Counted from the stretch's first letter, positions 30,197-39,437 are shown. The stretch: 64,000 nt of DNA from Negativicutes bacterium (GCA_022840825.1 JALHDB010000001.1:54059-118058), one strand, 5' to 3'. Program-made: numbers and translations. Notes: generated from the letters alone by a model not told the origin.

Positions 30197-32377
30197 ATGA
30201 TCCGGGAAATCAAGATCCATAAGATTGCTTCGTATGCTGATCCTGTAGTTATTCACCCGTTAAAAATAAATTTTTGCTATGGCAGTAACGGTAGTGGCAA
30301 GACCACCTTGTCAAATTTTCTTGGTGGTTATAAATCTTCAGAGGATAGTGCTATAGCCTGGAGAGATGAGCGAGAGCTCCCAGTAGTCGTATATAATAAA
30401 TGTTTTGTGGAAAATAATTTTGCTGCCAGAGAGCCTATAAGAGGTATTTTTACGTTGGGGCAAGATTCCAAAGAAGCACAAGAGTATATTGATAAGATGC
30501 AAGCAAAGGTGAATTTCTGTCAAACTCTGATCGACTCGTATTACAAATCGCTAATAGGCTTAAATTCTGAAATAAATGATTTGAATGATGAGTTTACGGA
30601 CACGTGTTGGGCAGTTCAGCAGATATACGGGCCAAAATTCCGGGAAGCATTAACGGGATTTAGAGCCAGTAAGGCCTTATTCCGAGATAATTGTTTGAAG
30701 GAATTTTCCAAACTGGATGCAGAAAATATTACTGATTTTACGGTAATCGAAGATATATATAATGCTGCTTATGGGACTATAGCACAAGAATATCCACTTT
30801 TTAAGCCAATTGATATACAAGAGGTTATCGAATGTGAAGCATGTTCCCTATTGGACAAGCGCATTTCCGGTAGCTCAGAAACACCGATTGGGAAGTTTAT
30901 TGAGTATTTAAACGCGAGCGACTGGGTGAAACAAGGGATTGGGTTTGCCCGGGAGGCGAAAGGCAAGTGTCCCTATTGTCAGCAACAACTGCCGATTGAT
31001 GTCCAAAAAGACATCGAAGGTTATTTTGACGAAACCTATAATAAAGAGTGCGAAACGGTGCGTAATTTTCAAATCCGGTATGTGACAGTATGCAACGAAT
31101 TGTTGGAGCGGATGCGAGATATTTCGCACACGTCTATTTCATTTTTGGAGTACACTTTGTTTAAAGCAGAAATAGAAGTGCTTGCAGCGGTAATTGAAAC
31201 GAATAAAAAAACAATTGAAAGGAAAATGGAGTCACCCTCAACTTTAGTAAATATCGAAAGTATTAAACCAATTGCACAGCGGATTAATACTAAAATTGAT
31301 GAGTTTAATGCCGCTATCAGACGCAATAATGAAATAGTGCAAAATAAAGCCGCGGAAAAGATGCGATGCAAAGAGCTTCTCTGGCAGCATATGGTTTATG
31401 AACTACGCTCGTCTATACAGCATTATAATGATAGGCTTAAAGGCAAGAAGGATGGGATTGTTAGGCTCAATAATAAAATTGACGAACAAAAGGCTTTAAA
31501 GAAGACACTTAATCTAATGATTGAGGAAAAGGAAGCAACGATGACTAGCGTTGCGCCTACAGTTAATGCAATAAATAGTATACTTGATCGCTTTGGCTTT
31601 AAAGGATTTCAATTAGCAGAGAACACTGAAGCCAGAGGTACATACAAAATTATACGCACAGATGGCAGCGATGCTCAAAAGAGCCTTAGCGAAGGCGAAT
31701 ACAACTTCATCACTTTCTTGTACTTTTATCACCTTGTTTACGGAAGTCAAGATAGTACAGGTATTGCCACCGATAAGGTCGTAGTGGTCGATGATCCGAT
31801 CTCAAGTTTAGATAGTAACGTACTTTTTATCATTAGTACATTGGTACGGAATATTCTCAATGACTGTAAAGCAGAAAAAAACGGAATTCAGCAGATTTTT
31901 GTGTTGACCCATAATGTGTATTTCCATAAAGAAGTATCATTTTTAGGTAGTCGAAAAGAGTATCCTTCTACAATGGCGGCATTTTGGATCGTGAAAAAAA
32001 ATAATAATGTCACCGAATTTGTTAAGCATGCAAAAAATCCAATTCAAACTGCTTATGAGTTGATGTGGTCAGAACTTAAAGATGGAAGTGCACATCAACG
32101 CGTAACGATTTTTAATACGCTTCGAAGAATACTCGAATATTATTTCAACGTTATTGGCGGGATGAACTATGAGAAGTGTATTGATGAGTTTGACGGCGAA
32201 GATAAAATCATCTGCAAGGCTTTGATTTCGTGTATAAACGATGGTTCGCATTTCATTAGTGATGACTATGTGCAGTGTTTTGAGACAGACTCGCTTGAGA
32301 ATTACTTTCGGGTCTTTAAATTGATATTTGAGAAAATGGGGCATGGTAGCCATTATGAAATGATGATGAATAGATAA
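30197..32377 (+). CDS. AAA_13-type ABC-like ATPase with zinc hook and C-terminal anticodon-nuclease-like domain (RloC/PrrC family candidate)
   Basis: Walker A GSNGSGKTT, long helical insert containing KGKCPYCQQQLP, signature-like LSEGEYNF, Walker B VVVVDDPISSLD, THN. C-terminal RRILE (R-x3-E) followed 38 aa later by NDGSH. Start moved to ATG 30197 behind AGGAG. Confidence 0.65.
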   Translation: MIREIKIHKIASYADPVVIHPLKINFCYGSNGSGKTTLSNFLGGYKSSEDSAIAWRDERELPVVVYNKCFVENNFAAREPIRGIFTLGQDSKEAQEYIDKMQAKVNFCQTLIDSYYKSLIGLNSEINDLNDEFTDTCWAVQQIYGPKFREALTGFRASKALFRDNCLKEFSKLDAENITDFTVIEDIYNAAYGTIAQEYPLFKPIDIQEVIECEACSLLDKRISGSSETPIGKFIEYLNASDWVKQGIGFAREAKGKCPYCQQQLPIDVQKDIEGYFDETYNKECETVRNFQIRYVTVCNELLERMRDISHTSISFLEYTLFKAEIEVLAAVIETNKKTIERKMESPSTLVNIESIKPIAQRINTKIDEFNAAIRRNNEIVQNKAAEKMRCKELLWQHMVYELRSSIQHYNDRLKGKKDGIVRLNNKIDEQKALKKTLNLMIEEKEATMTSVAPTVNAINSILDRFGFKGFQLAENTEARGTYKIIRTDGSDAQKSLSEGEYNFITFLYFYHLVYGSQDSTGIATDKVVVVDDPISSLDSNVLFIISTLVRNILNDCKAEKNGIQQIFVLTHNVYFHKEVSFLGSRKEYPSTMAAFWIVKKNNNVTEFVKHAKNPIQTAYELMWSELKDGSAHQRVTIFNTLRRILEYYFNVIGGMNYEKCIDEFDGEDKIICKALISCINDGSHFISDDYVQCFETDSLENYFRVFKLIFEKMGHGSHYEMMMNR

Positions 32378-32437
32378 TCAGAATTCATAATCTTTTAAAG
32401 GAGAAGCGGTTTGCTGCCGAGATATTCTTACCGTTGG

Positions 32438-32628
32438 ATGGGGTAACCGGTCCCGCTTCGCGTTCCTGCGGGCGGCCTCCAGCCGTCGCTTTGCGACGTC
32501 TTCCGTCTGCCGTCCTCGGACCGCTGCGCTCGTGTCCTACATATACGATCCGGTCGCACCGGGACGGACCTTCGCAGGCTAAAAACCATTGCCTGCTCGC
32601 ACCCGGTCCCACCTCCGCTACTTGGCAT
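32438..32628 (-). repeat. G+C-rich structured repeat element, copy B (inverted relative to copy A)
   Basis: 191 nt; 19 substitutions and 2 one-base indels versus copy A by hand alignment; no gene downstream on its strand. Confidence 0.75.
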
Positions 32629-32971
32629 TTACTCTCATGGAGTGCGCGCCTGCTGGCTTCGCCCAAGCGCGCCGCAGTGCATTCAAAGTGGGAGGCCATC
32701 CGATAATCAAGTATATGTCCACGCCGTCCGCTAACACCTGCGGGGCGGTCGGCTATGGCGCTCCGGCACCACCCTGCGGGGGACATATAAAGGGGATTAT
32801 CCGACGTCCTCCGGGCCTGCGGCAGCAAGGTGTAAGGACGACCTTGTTGTCTGACCGGTGTAGTGCGAATCAGATCGGGACATGCAGGGTTTTACTAAAT
32901 TATGTGTAAATAGGAAATCGTTATAAAGTGTTTATGGAGTATATGAAATATGGCACTTGGGGGAATGTGAC

Positions 32972-35524
32972 ATGGTTAAAGAGAAAGTCGGTAAGAAAAT
33001 GATTGAGCAATATGACCACAAGGATAAGCAACGGTCAAATAATCCGCCGGTCGGGCTGGTAACGCCTGATACCGATCAGGGCGAGAGTAAAAAGCAATAT
33101 GCTTACGACCCGCATATTGACCCCAGCCTACAGTGGGCTGGCAAGGCGGAGCATACGTCATTTACTGTGCCTACTGTTTCACTCCATGTCCATGAACGCA
33201 TCGACCCGCGAACAATTATTGAAGCCGTACGGCGTAAAAGCACCGAACCCAGTTATGAGCAGGGATCGCTATTTTCTGCTGCAACAGAAAATCCTCCTCT
33301 TAGGGAAGCAGTCGAGTTTTATAAGCACAAGCACAACTGGTCAAACCGGCTAATTGCCGGAGACTCTCTACTGGTGATGAACTCTTTGCTAGAAAAAGAA
33401 GGACTTGGTGGACAAGTCCAGATGATTTATATTGATCCGCCTTATGGAATTAAATACGGTTCAAATTTCCAGCCGTTTGTGAATAAACGTGATGTGAAAG
33501 ATGGTAAAGATGAGGATCTAACACAAGAACCTGAAATGATCAAAGCATTTCGGGACACCTGGGAACTAGGAATACATTCGTATTTGACTTATCTGCAAGA
33601 CAGATTATTACTTGCGAGAGAATTACTGGCCGAGACAGGTAGCATTTTTGTGCAGATTTCGGATACCAATATTCATTTAGTGCGCTGTTTATTAGATCAA
33701 ATATTTGGAACCGAGAACTTTTTTTCGCTTATATCCTTCAAAAAGACGTTACCCTTGGGAAGCTCAGGTTTGGCTGGAATATGTGATTATATTCTTTGGT
33801 ATACGAAAAGCAAAGATCTATTTGTGAAAAAGAAATATAGAGAGCTATTTGTTGAAAAGCGAATTGGTGAGGGAACCGGTTATACATGGGTCGAAGACGT
33901 TAATGGGTTAAGAAGGAAGATGTCAAAAGAAGAGCGGCTTGATCCTCGAAAAATACCATCTGACAGTAAAGTATTTTTCACTAGTGCTTTAGCATCATCT
34001 GGATATACTCCAACCTGTATGTACGATTTTGAATTTGAAGGCAAATTGATAAAGTGTGGAAAGAAGAGCTGGCGAACAAACGAAGATGGGATGAAACGCC
34101 TAATAAAACTAAATCGAATCACGGCTCCAGGATCACTACCTTGTTTTGTCCAATATTACGAGGACTTTCCAGTTCAACCGCTTCATAATCTCTGGGACGA
34201 TACACATGGCGCTAGCGAATTAAGATATGTCGTACAAACATCTAACAAAGTAATTCAGCGTTGCATGCTCATGGCTACTGATCCAGGAGACTTGGTCTTC
34301 GACCCTACTTGTGGTAGTGGAACGACTGCTTATGTTGCTGAATTATGGGGTCGTCGATGGATAACCTGCGATACATCCAGGGTGGCGGTAACCTTAACAA
34401 AACAAAGATTATTGACCTCAATATTTGACTATTTCAAGCTCGCTCATCCTGAAGAAGGAGTAGGTAGCGGTTTTAAATATAAAACTGTCCCGCATATTAC
34501 GCTGGGGTCAATTGCAAATAATGAACCAACTTTGCAGGAAACTTTATATGATCAACCATTACTAGATAATTCAAAGACTCGAGTAACTGGCCCATTTACT
34601 GTTGAGGCCGTACCAGCGCCAGTCGTCAAGCCGTTATCAGAAATAGATGCTACTATTCCCGCAGACGCCTCGGTTGCACGTTCGGGCGAAACGCTGCGCC
34701 AGTCTGAATGGCGCGATGAACTTATGAAGACAGGCATTCGCGGCAAGAATGGTCAGAGGATTCTATTTTCTCGTTTAGAGCCGATGGCTGGCACCAGGTG
34801 GCTGCATGGAGACGCTGAAACCAAGCCGAACGCAAATGGGGTTCGGGAAACGTCAGAGCAGCTTGACCAGCCTGTACGGGCTGTCATATCGTTTGGCTCG
34901 CCTCATGCGCCACTCGAGACTAAGCAGGTGACGCTGGCTCTGGAAGAAGCTCACAAGTTGGTGCCAAAACCGAAACTGATTGTATTCGCTGCCTTCCAAT
35001 TTGACCCGGAAGCGGCTAAAGATATTGATGAAATCGAGTGGCCGGGTGTAACGATTCTCAAGGTACAAATGAATACTGACCTGCTAACAGACGACTTGAA
35101 AAAGAAACGGGCTAGTAATGAGAGCTTTTGGTTGATCGGTCAGCCTGACGTCAAAGTAAAGCGAATTTCAAAGGGAATAGATAAAGGCAAATACCAGGTG
35201 GAAGTTCTGGGATTCGACTATTACAACACAAAGACCGGTATGATCGAATCCGGTGGCAATGAGCGAATTACTATTTGGTTGCTGGATACTGACTATGACG
35301 GACGCAGTTTATTCGCCCGCCAGGTCTTCTTCCCTATGGCAGGTAAAGGTGAAGGATGGGACAAGTTGGCGAAGAATTTGAAAGCGGAGATTGATTCGGA
35401 GCTAATTGAGGCATACTCGGGAACTGTATCTTTGCCATTCAAGCCGGGTAAGTATAACCGGGTGGCAGTAAAGATTGTTGACGATAGAGGTATTGAGAGC
35501 CTGAAAATTGTGGAGGTGGAATGA
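32972..35524 (+). CDS. mod: Type III restriction-modification DNA methyltransferase (Mod), beta-class N6-adenine/N4-cytosine type
   Basis: Motif IV IYIDPPYG precedes motif I FDPTCGSGTT (order IV-TRD-I); about 300-aa C-terminal extension. Start set at ATG 32972 (ORF track 32957). Confidence 0.85.
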   Translation: MVKEKVGKKMIEQYDHKDKQRSNNPPVGLVTPDTDQGESKKQYAYDPHIDPSLQWAGKAEHTSFTVPTVSLHVHERIDPRTIIEAVRRKSTEPSYEQGSLFSAATENPPLREAVEFYKHKHNWSNRLIAGDSLLVMNSLLEKEGLGGQVQMIYIDPPYGIKYGSNFQPFVNKRDVKDGKDEDLTQEPEMIKAFRDTWELGIHSYLTYLQDRLLLARELLAETGSIFVQISDTNIHLVRCLLDQIFGTENFFSLISFKKTLPLGSSGLAGICDYILWYTKSKDLFVKKKYRELFVEKRIGEGTGYTWVEDVNGLRRKMSKEERLDPRKIPSDSKVFFTSALASSGYTPTCMYDFEFEGKLIKCGKKSWRTNEDGMKRLIKLNRITAPGSLPCFVQYYEDFPVQPLHNLWDDTHGASELRYVVQTSNKVIQRCMLMATDPGDLVFDPTCGSGTTAYVAELWGRRWITCDTSRVAVTLTKQRLLTSIFDYFKLAHPEEGVGSGFKYKTVPHITLGSIANNEPTLQETLYDQPLLDNSKTRVTGPFTVEAVPAPVVKPLSEIDATIPADASVARSGETLRQSEWRDELMKTGIRGKNGQRILFSRLEPMAGTRWLHGDAETKPNANGVRETSEQLDQPVRAVISFGSPHAPLETKQVTLALEEAHKLVPKPKLIVFAAFQFDPEAAKDIDEIEWPGVTILKVQMNTDLLTDDLKKKRASNESFWLIGQPDVKVKRISKGIDKGKYQVEVLGFDYYNTKTGMIESGGNERITIWLLDTDYDGRSLFARQVFFPMAGKGEGWDKLAKNLKAEIDSELIEAYSGTVSLPFKPGKYNRVAVKIVDDRGIESLKIVEVE

Positions 35525-38325
35525 TGGGCAAAGCGACGATTGACCAGCTCATAATTAACTCTCCATACGCAGAGCCGGCCCGTCATTGGAGTTTTGATCC
35601 ACTTACGAGGCTATTCAGCCTAGAAGATGGCCGTCGCCCGGCCGGATATGTAGTAGCCTCTGGACACTCACAGGCTTTTGATGATCCTGGTGTGTTTGTC
35701 GAGATACCTTTGGTAAATCAAATCCGGCCACGAGTTAAGGCATGGCGTGAGGCAGGTTATCCCGGCGTAACCGGCATAACTAAACGATTGCTTGAACACT
35801 GGACGAGCCCGGAGTGGCAAGCGGACCGCAGTTTTTTCTTTTGCCAGCTCGAGGCCGTCGAGACGTTGATGTGGTTGACGGAAGCGCCGGATACGGAAAA
35901 GGTAGGCATTACTATTCCTTCAGACGGCGGACAATTTAGCCGTCTCTGTTCGAAAATGGCTACCGGGTCAGGTAAAACCATTGTAATGGCCATGGTGATT
36001 GCCTGGCAGGTCCTTAATAAAGCGACATATCCGCAGCGCCCTGAATTTAGCAAAAACGTATTGGTTGTAGCGCCTGGGCTGACGGTGAAAAGCCGATTGC
36101 AGGTGCTTATTCCTTTTGGCAGTGGAAATTATTACGAACAGTTCAGATTGATCCCACCCGGCATGGAGGACAAACTGCGCCAGGGGCGAGTTATCGTACG
36201 AAACTGGCATGCGTTCAGCTGGGATAGTCCCGAAAAGCTGGCGAAGAAAAAGAGTGTTGACAAGCGCGGTGCGAAAAGCGATGAAGCATATGTACGAGAA
36301 GTCTTAGGCGAGATGGCTAATGCATCTAATATCCTAGTGATCAATGACGAGGCGCACCATGCCTGGCGGATTCCCGCAGAATCAAAAGTAAAGGGGTTAA
36401 AAAAAGAAGACATTGAGGAAGCAACTATCTGGGTTGGCGGACTTGATCGCATCCACCGTGCCCGCGGCATTTTGCGCTGCCATGATTTTTCGGCCACTCC
36501 ATTCGCACCATCCGGCAAAAAGAGCTCAGATGAAGCGCTGTTTGGCTGGATTGTCAGCGACTTCGGCCTTAATGACGCAATTGAAGCGGGACTAGTTAAG
36601 ACACCCCGGGTGGTCATTCGTGACGATAGCAGTCTGACTAAGGACTTTAAGTCCAGACTGTACCATATATACAATGATCCGGAAGTGAAGGACGACCTGA
36701 ACCGCAAAGCGGAAGAATATGAAATGCTGCCGGACTTACTGATTAACGCCTATTATCTCCTGGGTAAGGATTGGCTGGAAGCCGCTAAGGCATGGGAAGC
36801 TGTCGGTCACAAAGTACCGCCGGTCATGATCACCGTCGCTAATCGTACGGAAACTGCCGCCAGAGTGAAATATGCTTTTGATCATAATAAGATCCGGATT
36901 GATGAACTTTGCGCCCCGGAGAGAACGTTGCATATCGACTCCAGCGTTCTCGAATTAGCAGAGACAGCGTCAGAGACAGCCGAGCCGGGAACAGAACTCG
37001 ATTCCGATGAGGGGCAGGATTCAGAGGAGCAGCCTGAACGTAAATTGACGAAGAAGGAACTGGCTGAACAACTTCGACGCAAGGTAGATACAGTCGGGCA
37101 GGTGGGCAAGCCGGGAGGTCAGATTCAGAACGTCATCTCGGTCGGTATGTTATCTGAGGGTTGGGATGCAAAAACAGTTACCCATATCATGGGACTGAGG
37201 GCTTTCTCTAGCCAACTTCTCTGCGAACAGGTAGTTGGTCGTGGATTAAGACGGACCTCCTATGACGTAAACCCAGATACAGGTCTGTTCGAGGCCGAGT
37301 ATGTCAACATTTTCGGTGTACCGTTTACCTTCTTACCGCATGAAGGCGGGGGAGGAACGCCGCCACCTCCGCCGCCACCCAAAAAGCAGATTGAACCAGT
37401 AGCGGAGAAACAGCAGTTCGCTATTAGTTGGCCGAATATCGTTCGCATTGACCATATATATAAGCCGGTTCTGGAACTCGACCTGAGTAGCCTGAGAGTC
37501 TTAGAACTTAATGCTGCCGATACTGCCATGTTAGCTGAATTAGCGCCGGTCGTTGACGGCAATCCTGATGTGACAAAGATTGCCGCTATCGATTTAGAGG
37601 ACCTAGAGCGGAAGTTCCGGCTGCAGAAAATTGTCTTTGAAACCGCCCGTGACATATTTGATCAGATGCAACCAACATGGAAGGGTAGCAAAGACTATTT
37701 AATTGCACAAGTGATCCGGTTGGTCGAGAAATTCCTGACATCTAATAAAATTCAGATCGTTCCGCCCTTGTTCCAAGATGAAGCAAAACGGCGCGTCTTG
37801 ATGGCAATTAATATGGGGAAAATTGTCCAGCATATCTGGGAAGCCATCCGGATTACAAACACAGAGATGATAACCCCCGTATTTGACACGCAAAGCCCAA
37901 TTCGCTCTACCGGCGATATGAGGACATGGTACACTGGGCGGCCCTGTGAATACGCAGCGAAGTCCCATATCAATCTCTGCGTATTTGATAGCAGATGGGA
38001 AGCTAGCGAGGCATTTGAGCTGGATCGGAACAAGCTAGTTGATGCATGGGTCAAGAACGACCATCTCGGCTTTGAAATTCTATATATTTTCAACGGCGTC
38101 GTCAGCAAGTATCGCCCGGACTTTATCATCCGCCTGACGACAGGTGAATATCTGGTACTCGAGACCAAAGGACAGGATAATCAGAACAATCGTACCAAGA
38201 GAGAGTTCTTAGACGAATGGGTAAGAGCCGTCAATCAACATGGCGGGTTTGGTACATGGAAGTGGGCGGTGTCTTACAATATTGCAGATGTTAAAGGGAT
38301 TATTGAGCAGGCGGTTAAGGGTTAG
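35521..38325 (+). CDS. res: Type III restriction enzyme Res subunit (SF2 helicase plus PD-(D/E)xK nuclease)
   Basis: MATGSGKT (motif I), NDEAHH (II), SATP (III), QVVGRGLRR (VI); C-terminal YRPDF...LETKG nuclease motif; ATGA overlap with mod. Confidence 0.85.
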   Translation: MMGKATIDQLIINSPYAEPARHWSFDPLTRLFSLEDGRRPAGYVVASGHSQAFDDPGVFVEIPLVNQIRPRVKAWREAGYPGVTGITKRLLEHWTSPEWQADRSFFFCQLEAVETLMWLTEAPDTEKVGITIPSDGGQFSRLCSKMATGSGKTIVMAMVIAWQVLNKATYPQRPEFSKNVLVVAPGLTVKSRLQVLIPFGSGNYYEQFRLIPPGMEDKLRQGRVIVRNWHAFSWDSPEKLAKKKSVDKRGAKSDEAYVREVLGEMANASNILVINDEAHHAWRIPAESKVKGLKKEDIEEATIWVGGLDRIHRARGILRCHDFSATPFAPSGKKSSDEALFGWIVSDFGLNDAIEAGLVKTPRVVIRDDSSLTKDFKSRLYHIYNDPEVKDDLNRKAEEYEMLPDLLINAYYLLGKDWLEAAKAWEAVGHKVPPVMITVANRTETAARVKYAFDHNKIRIDELCAPERTLHIDSSVLELAETASETAEPGTELDSDEGQDSEEQPERKLTKKELAEQLRRKVDTVGQVGKPGGQIQNVISVGMLSEGWDAKTVTHIMGLRAFSSQLLCEQVVGRGLRRTSYDVNPDTGLFEAEYVNIFGVPFTFLPHEGGGGTPPPPPPPKKQIEPVAEKQQFAISWPNIVRIDHIYKPVLELDLSSLRVLELNAADTAMLAELAPVVDGNPDVTKIAAIDLEDLERKFRLQKIVFETARDIFDQMQPTWKGSKDYLIAQVIRLVEKFLTSNKIQIVPPLFQDEAKRRVLMAINMGKIVQHIWEAIRITNTEMITPVFDTQSPIRSTGDMRTWYTGRPCEYAAKSHINLCVFDSRWEASEAFELDRNKLVDAWVKNDHLGFEILYIFNGVVSKYRPDFIIRLTTGEYLVLETKGQDNQNNRTKREFLDEWVRAVNQHGGFGTWKWAVSYNIADVKGIIEQAVKG

Positions 38326-38370
38326 TTTGGCTAATAGATGGTTTGGGGAATTGGGAGGAGGATTTTTTCG

Positions 38371-38562
38371 ATGACGAAAGAACAGAATGGACAAACTTTT
38401 GGAGAATCTTTTAATCCAGGTTGGGGTAAGTCAATCACTGGATCGCGAAACTTATCATCTCAAAGTACGACGACTACATTAATGGTGGGGCAGTTTTCTC
38501 CTATTAAGACGCCGACAGCGAGTACAGACCAGTCAGGACAAGGGAATAGCGAATCAAAATGA
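38371..38562 (+). CDS. Small low-complexity (Ser/Thr/Gln/Gly-rich) protein
   Basis: 63 aa from ATG 38371 behind GGGAGGAGG; stop overlaps the start of the next gene (ATGA). Confidence 0.4.
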   Translation: MTKEQNGQTFGESFNPGWGKSITGSRNLSSQSTTTTLMVGQFSPIKTPTASTDQSGQGNSESK

Positions 38563-39275
38563 CGAGCGGGTTAAATTTTTTGCAAACCGCTCTATGGACA
38601 GTATTGTTTATCGTGCCCGGATTTATAGCTGCGGAGACGAAGCATTACTGGATGATGACGACTCCAAGTCGAACTACTGAGAAAACAGTGGAGAGTATAT
38701 GTTGGAGTTTTATCACTTATTTTCTACTATCTCTAGTTCCAGATAGGGTATTTGAGTTGAGCTATTTTGCTGATATCGTGTTTGCCCCTGTTCCGGAGAA
38801 AGTCTTATTTAGCGGGTTGTTTCTTAAAAGTTATATATTCATTATGATGGTTGCCGTACTCGCCGGATTTCTCTACGCCTATGTGTTTCCGGTTGCCTTT
38901 ATGTCGAAGTACTTAGGTAGAACCCCATATGCACGCGTGTGGGACGAATTCTTTAAGATAAAGTGCGACGCTGCAGCAAACAATGGGGTTTGGGTTGAAT
39001 TGAAAGATAGCACACAGTGGGTAGGTAAACTTAATTCTGCTTCGGATACCCCTGGCAGTTCAGAGTTATGGCTTACGGATGTTCGTAAATACCAGGATGG
39101 AAATATCTGTGACACTGCATATTCTGATATGCTACTCAACGTAGAAGCGGTATCAAAGATTTTTGTTGTTAAGGAGGGGCTATTGTGTAAGCCACTTGAA
39201 ACGCCTCCGAACGGTATAATAAGCCGGATTGTAAAATGGATTAACGAAAGACGAAGAAAGCTTTGGTGGAGTTAA
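38559..39275 (+). CDS. Multi-pass membrane protein with soluble C-terminal domain (possibly DUF6338-like)
   Basis: 3-4 hydrophobic helices in the first 115 aa, then YARVWDEFF...GVWVELKD..QWVGKL...ELWLTDV. The family assignment comes from memory only. Confidence 0.5.
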   Translation: MTSGLNFLQTALWTVLFIVPGFIAAETKHYWMMTTPSRTTEKTVESICWSFITYFLLSLVPDRVFELSYFADIVFAPVPEKVLFSGLFLKSYIFIMMVAVLAGFLYAYVFPVAFMSKYLGRTPYARVWDEFFKIKCDAAANNGVWVELKDSTQWVGKLNSASDTPGSSELWLTDVRKYQDGNICDTAYSDMLLNVEAVSKIFVVKEGLLCKPLETPPNGIISRIVKWINERRRKLWWS

Positions 39276-39331
39276 ACAAAAACACACAGTAGGCGAAGAA
39301 TGATGTGGCTGCTTAGGAGATAAACCTAATC

Positions 39332-39375
39332 TATAAATGGGATTATCCGGCGTCCTTCAGTCCGGCGCAGTAAGG
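39332..39375 (-). repeat. Truncated third copy of the 5' part of the repeat element
   Basis: ctataaatgggattatccggcgtccttcagtccggcgcagtaagg aligns with 32785-32830 (atataaaggggattatccgacgtcctccgggcctgcggcagcaagg). Confidence 0.6.
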
Positions 39376-39437
39376 AACTTAGACGTAACGGTTCTAGTTA
39401 AATCCCCCCCCTCATAGTAATGACCGGGGGGATTATT

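Noticed and set aside
27944-32628. Diversity-generating retroelement (TR/VR pair) as an explanation for the two similar 190-nt copies
   Set aside because: No reverse transcriptase gene is present in the island. The differences are not restricted to adenine positions and include indels, and neither copy lies inside a credible coding region.
32385-32828. 147-aa minus-strand ORF, plus the 32434-32706 and 32589-32909 plus-strand ORFs, across repeat copy B
   Set aside because: Same reasoning as for copy A. There is no RBS, and the similarity to copy A switches frame part-way through.
36132-36707. 191-aa minus-strand ORF inside res (similar shadow ORFs lie inside mod and res)
   Set aside because: It is antisense to a gene with a full set of helicase motifs. 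Its Ser/Arg-rich composition is typical of a shadow frame.
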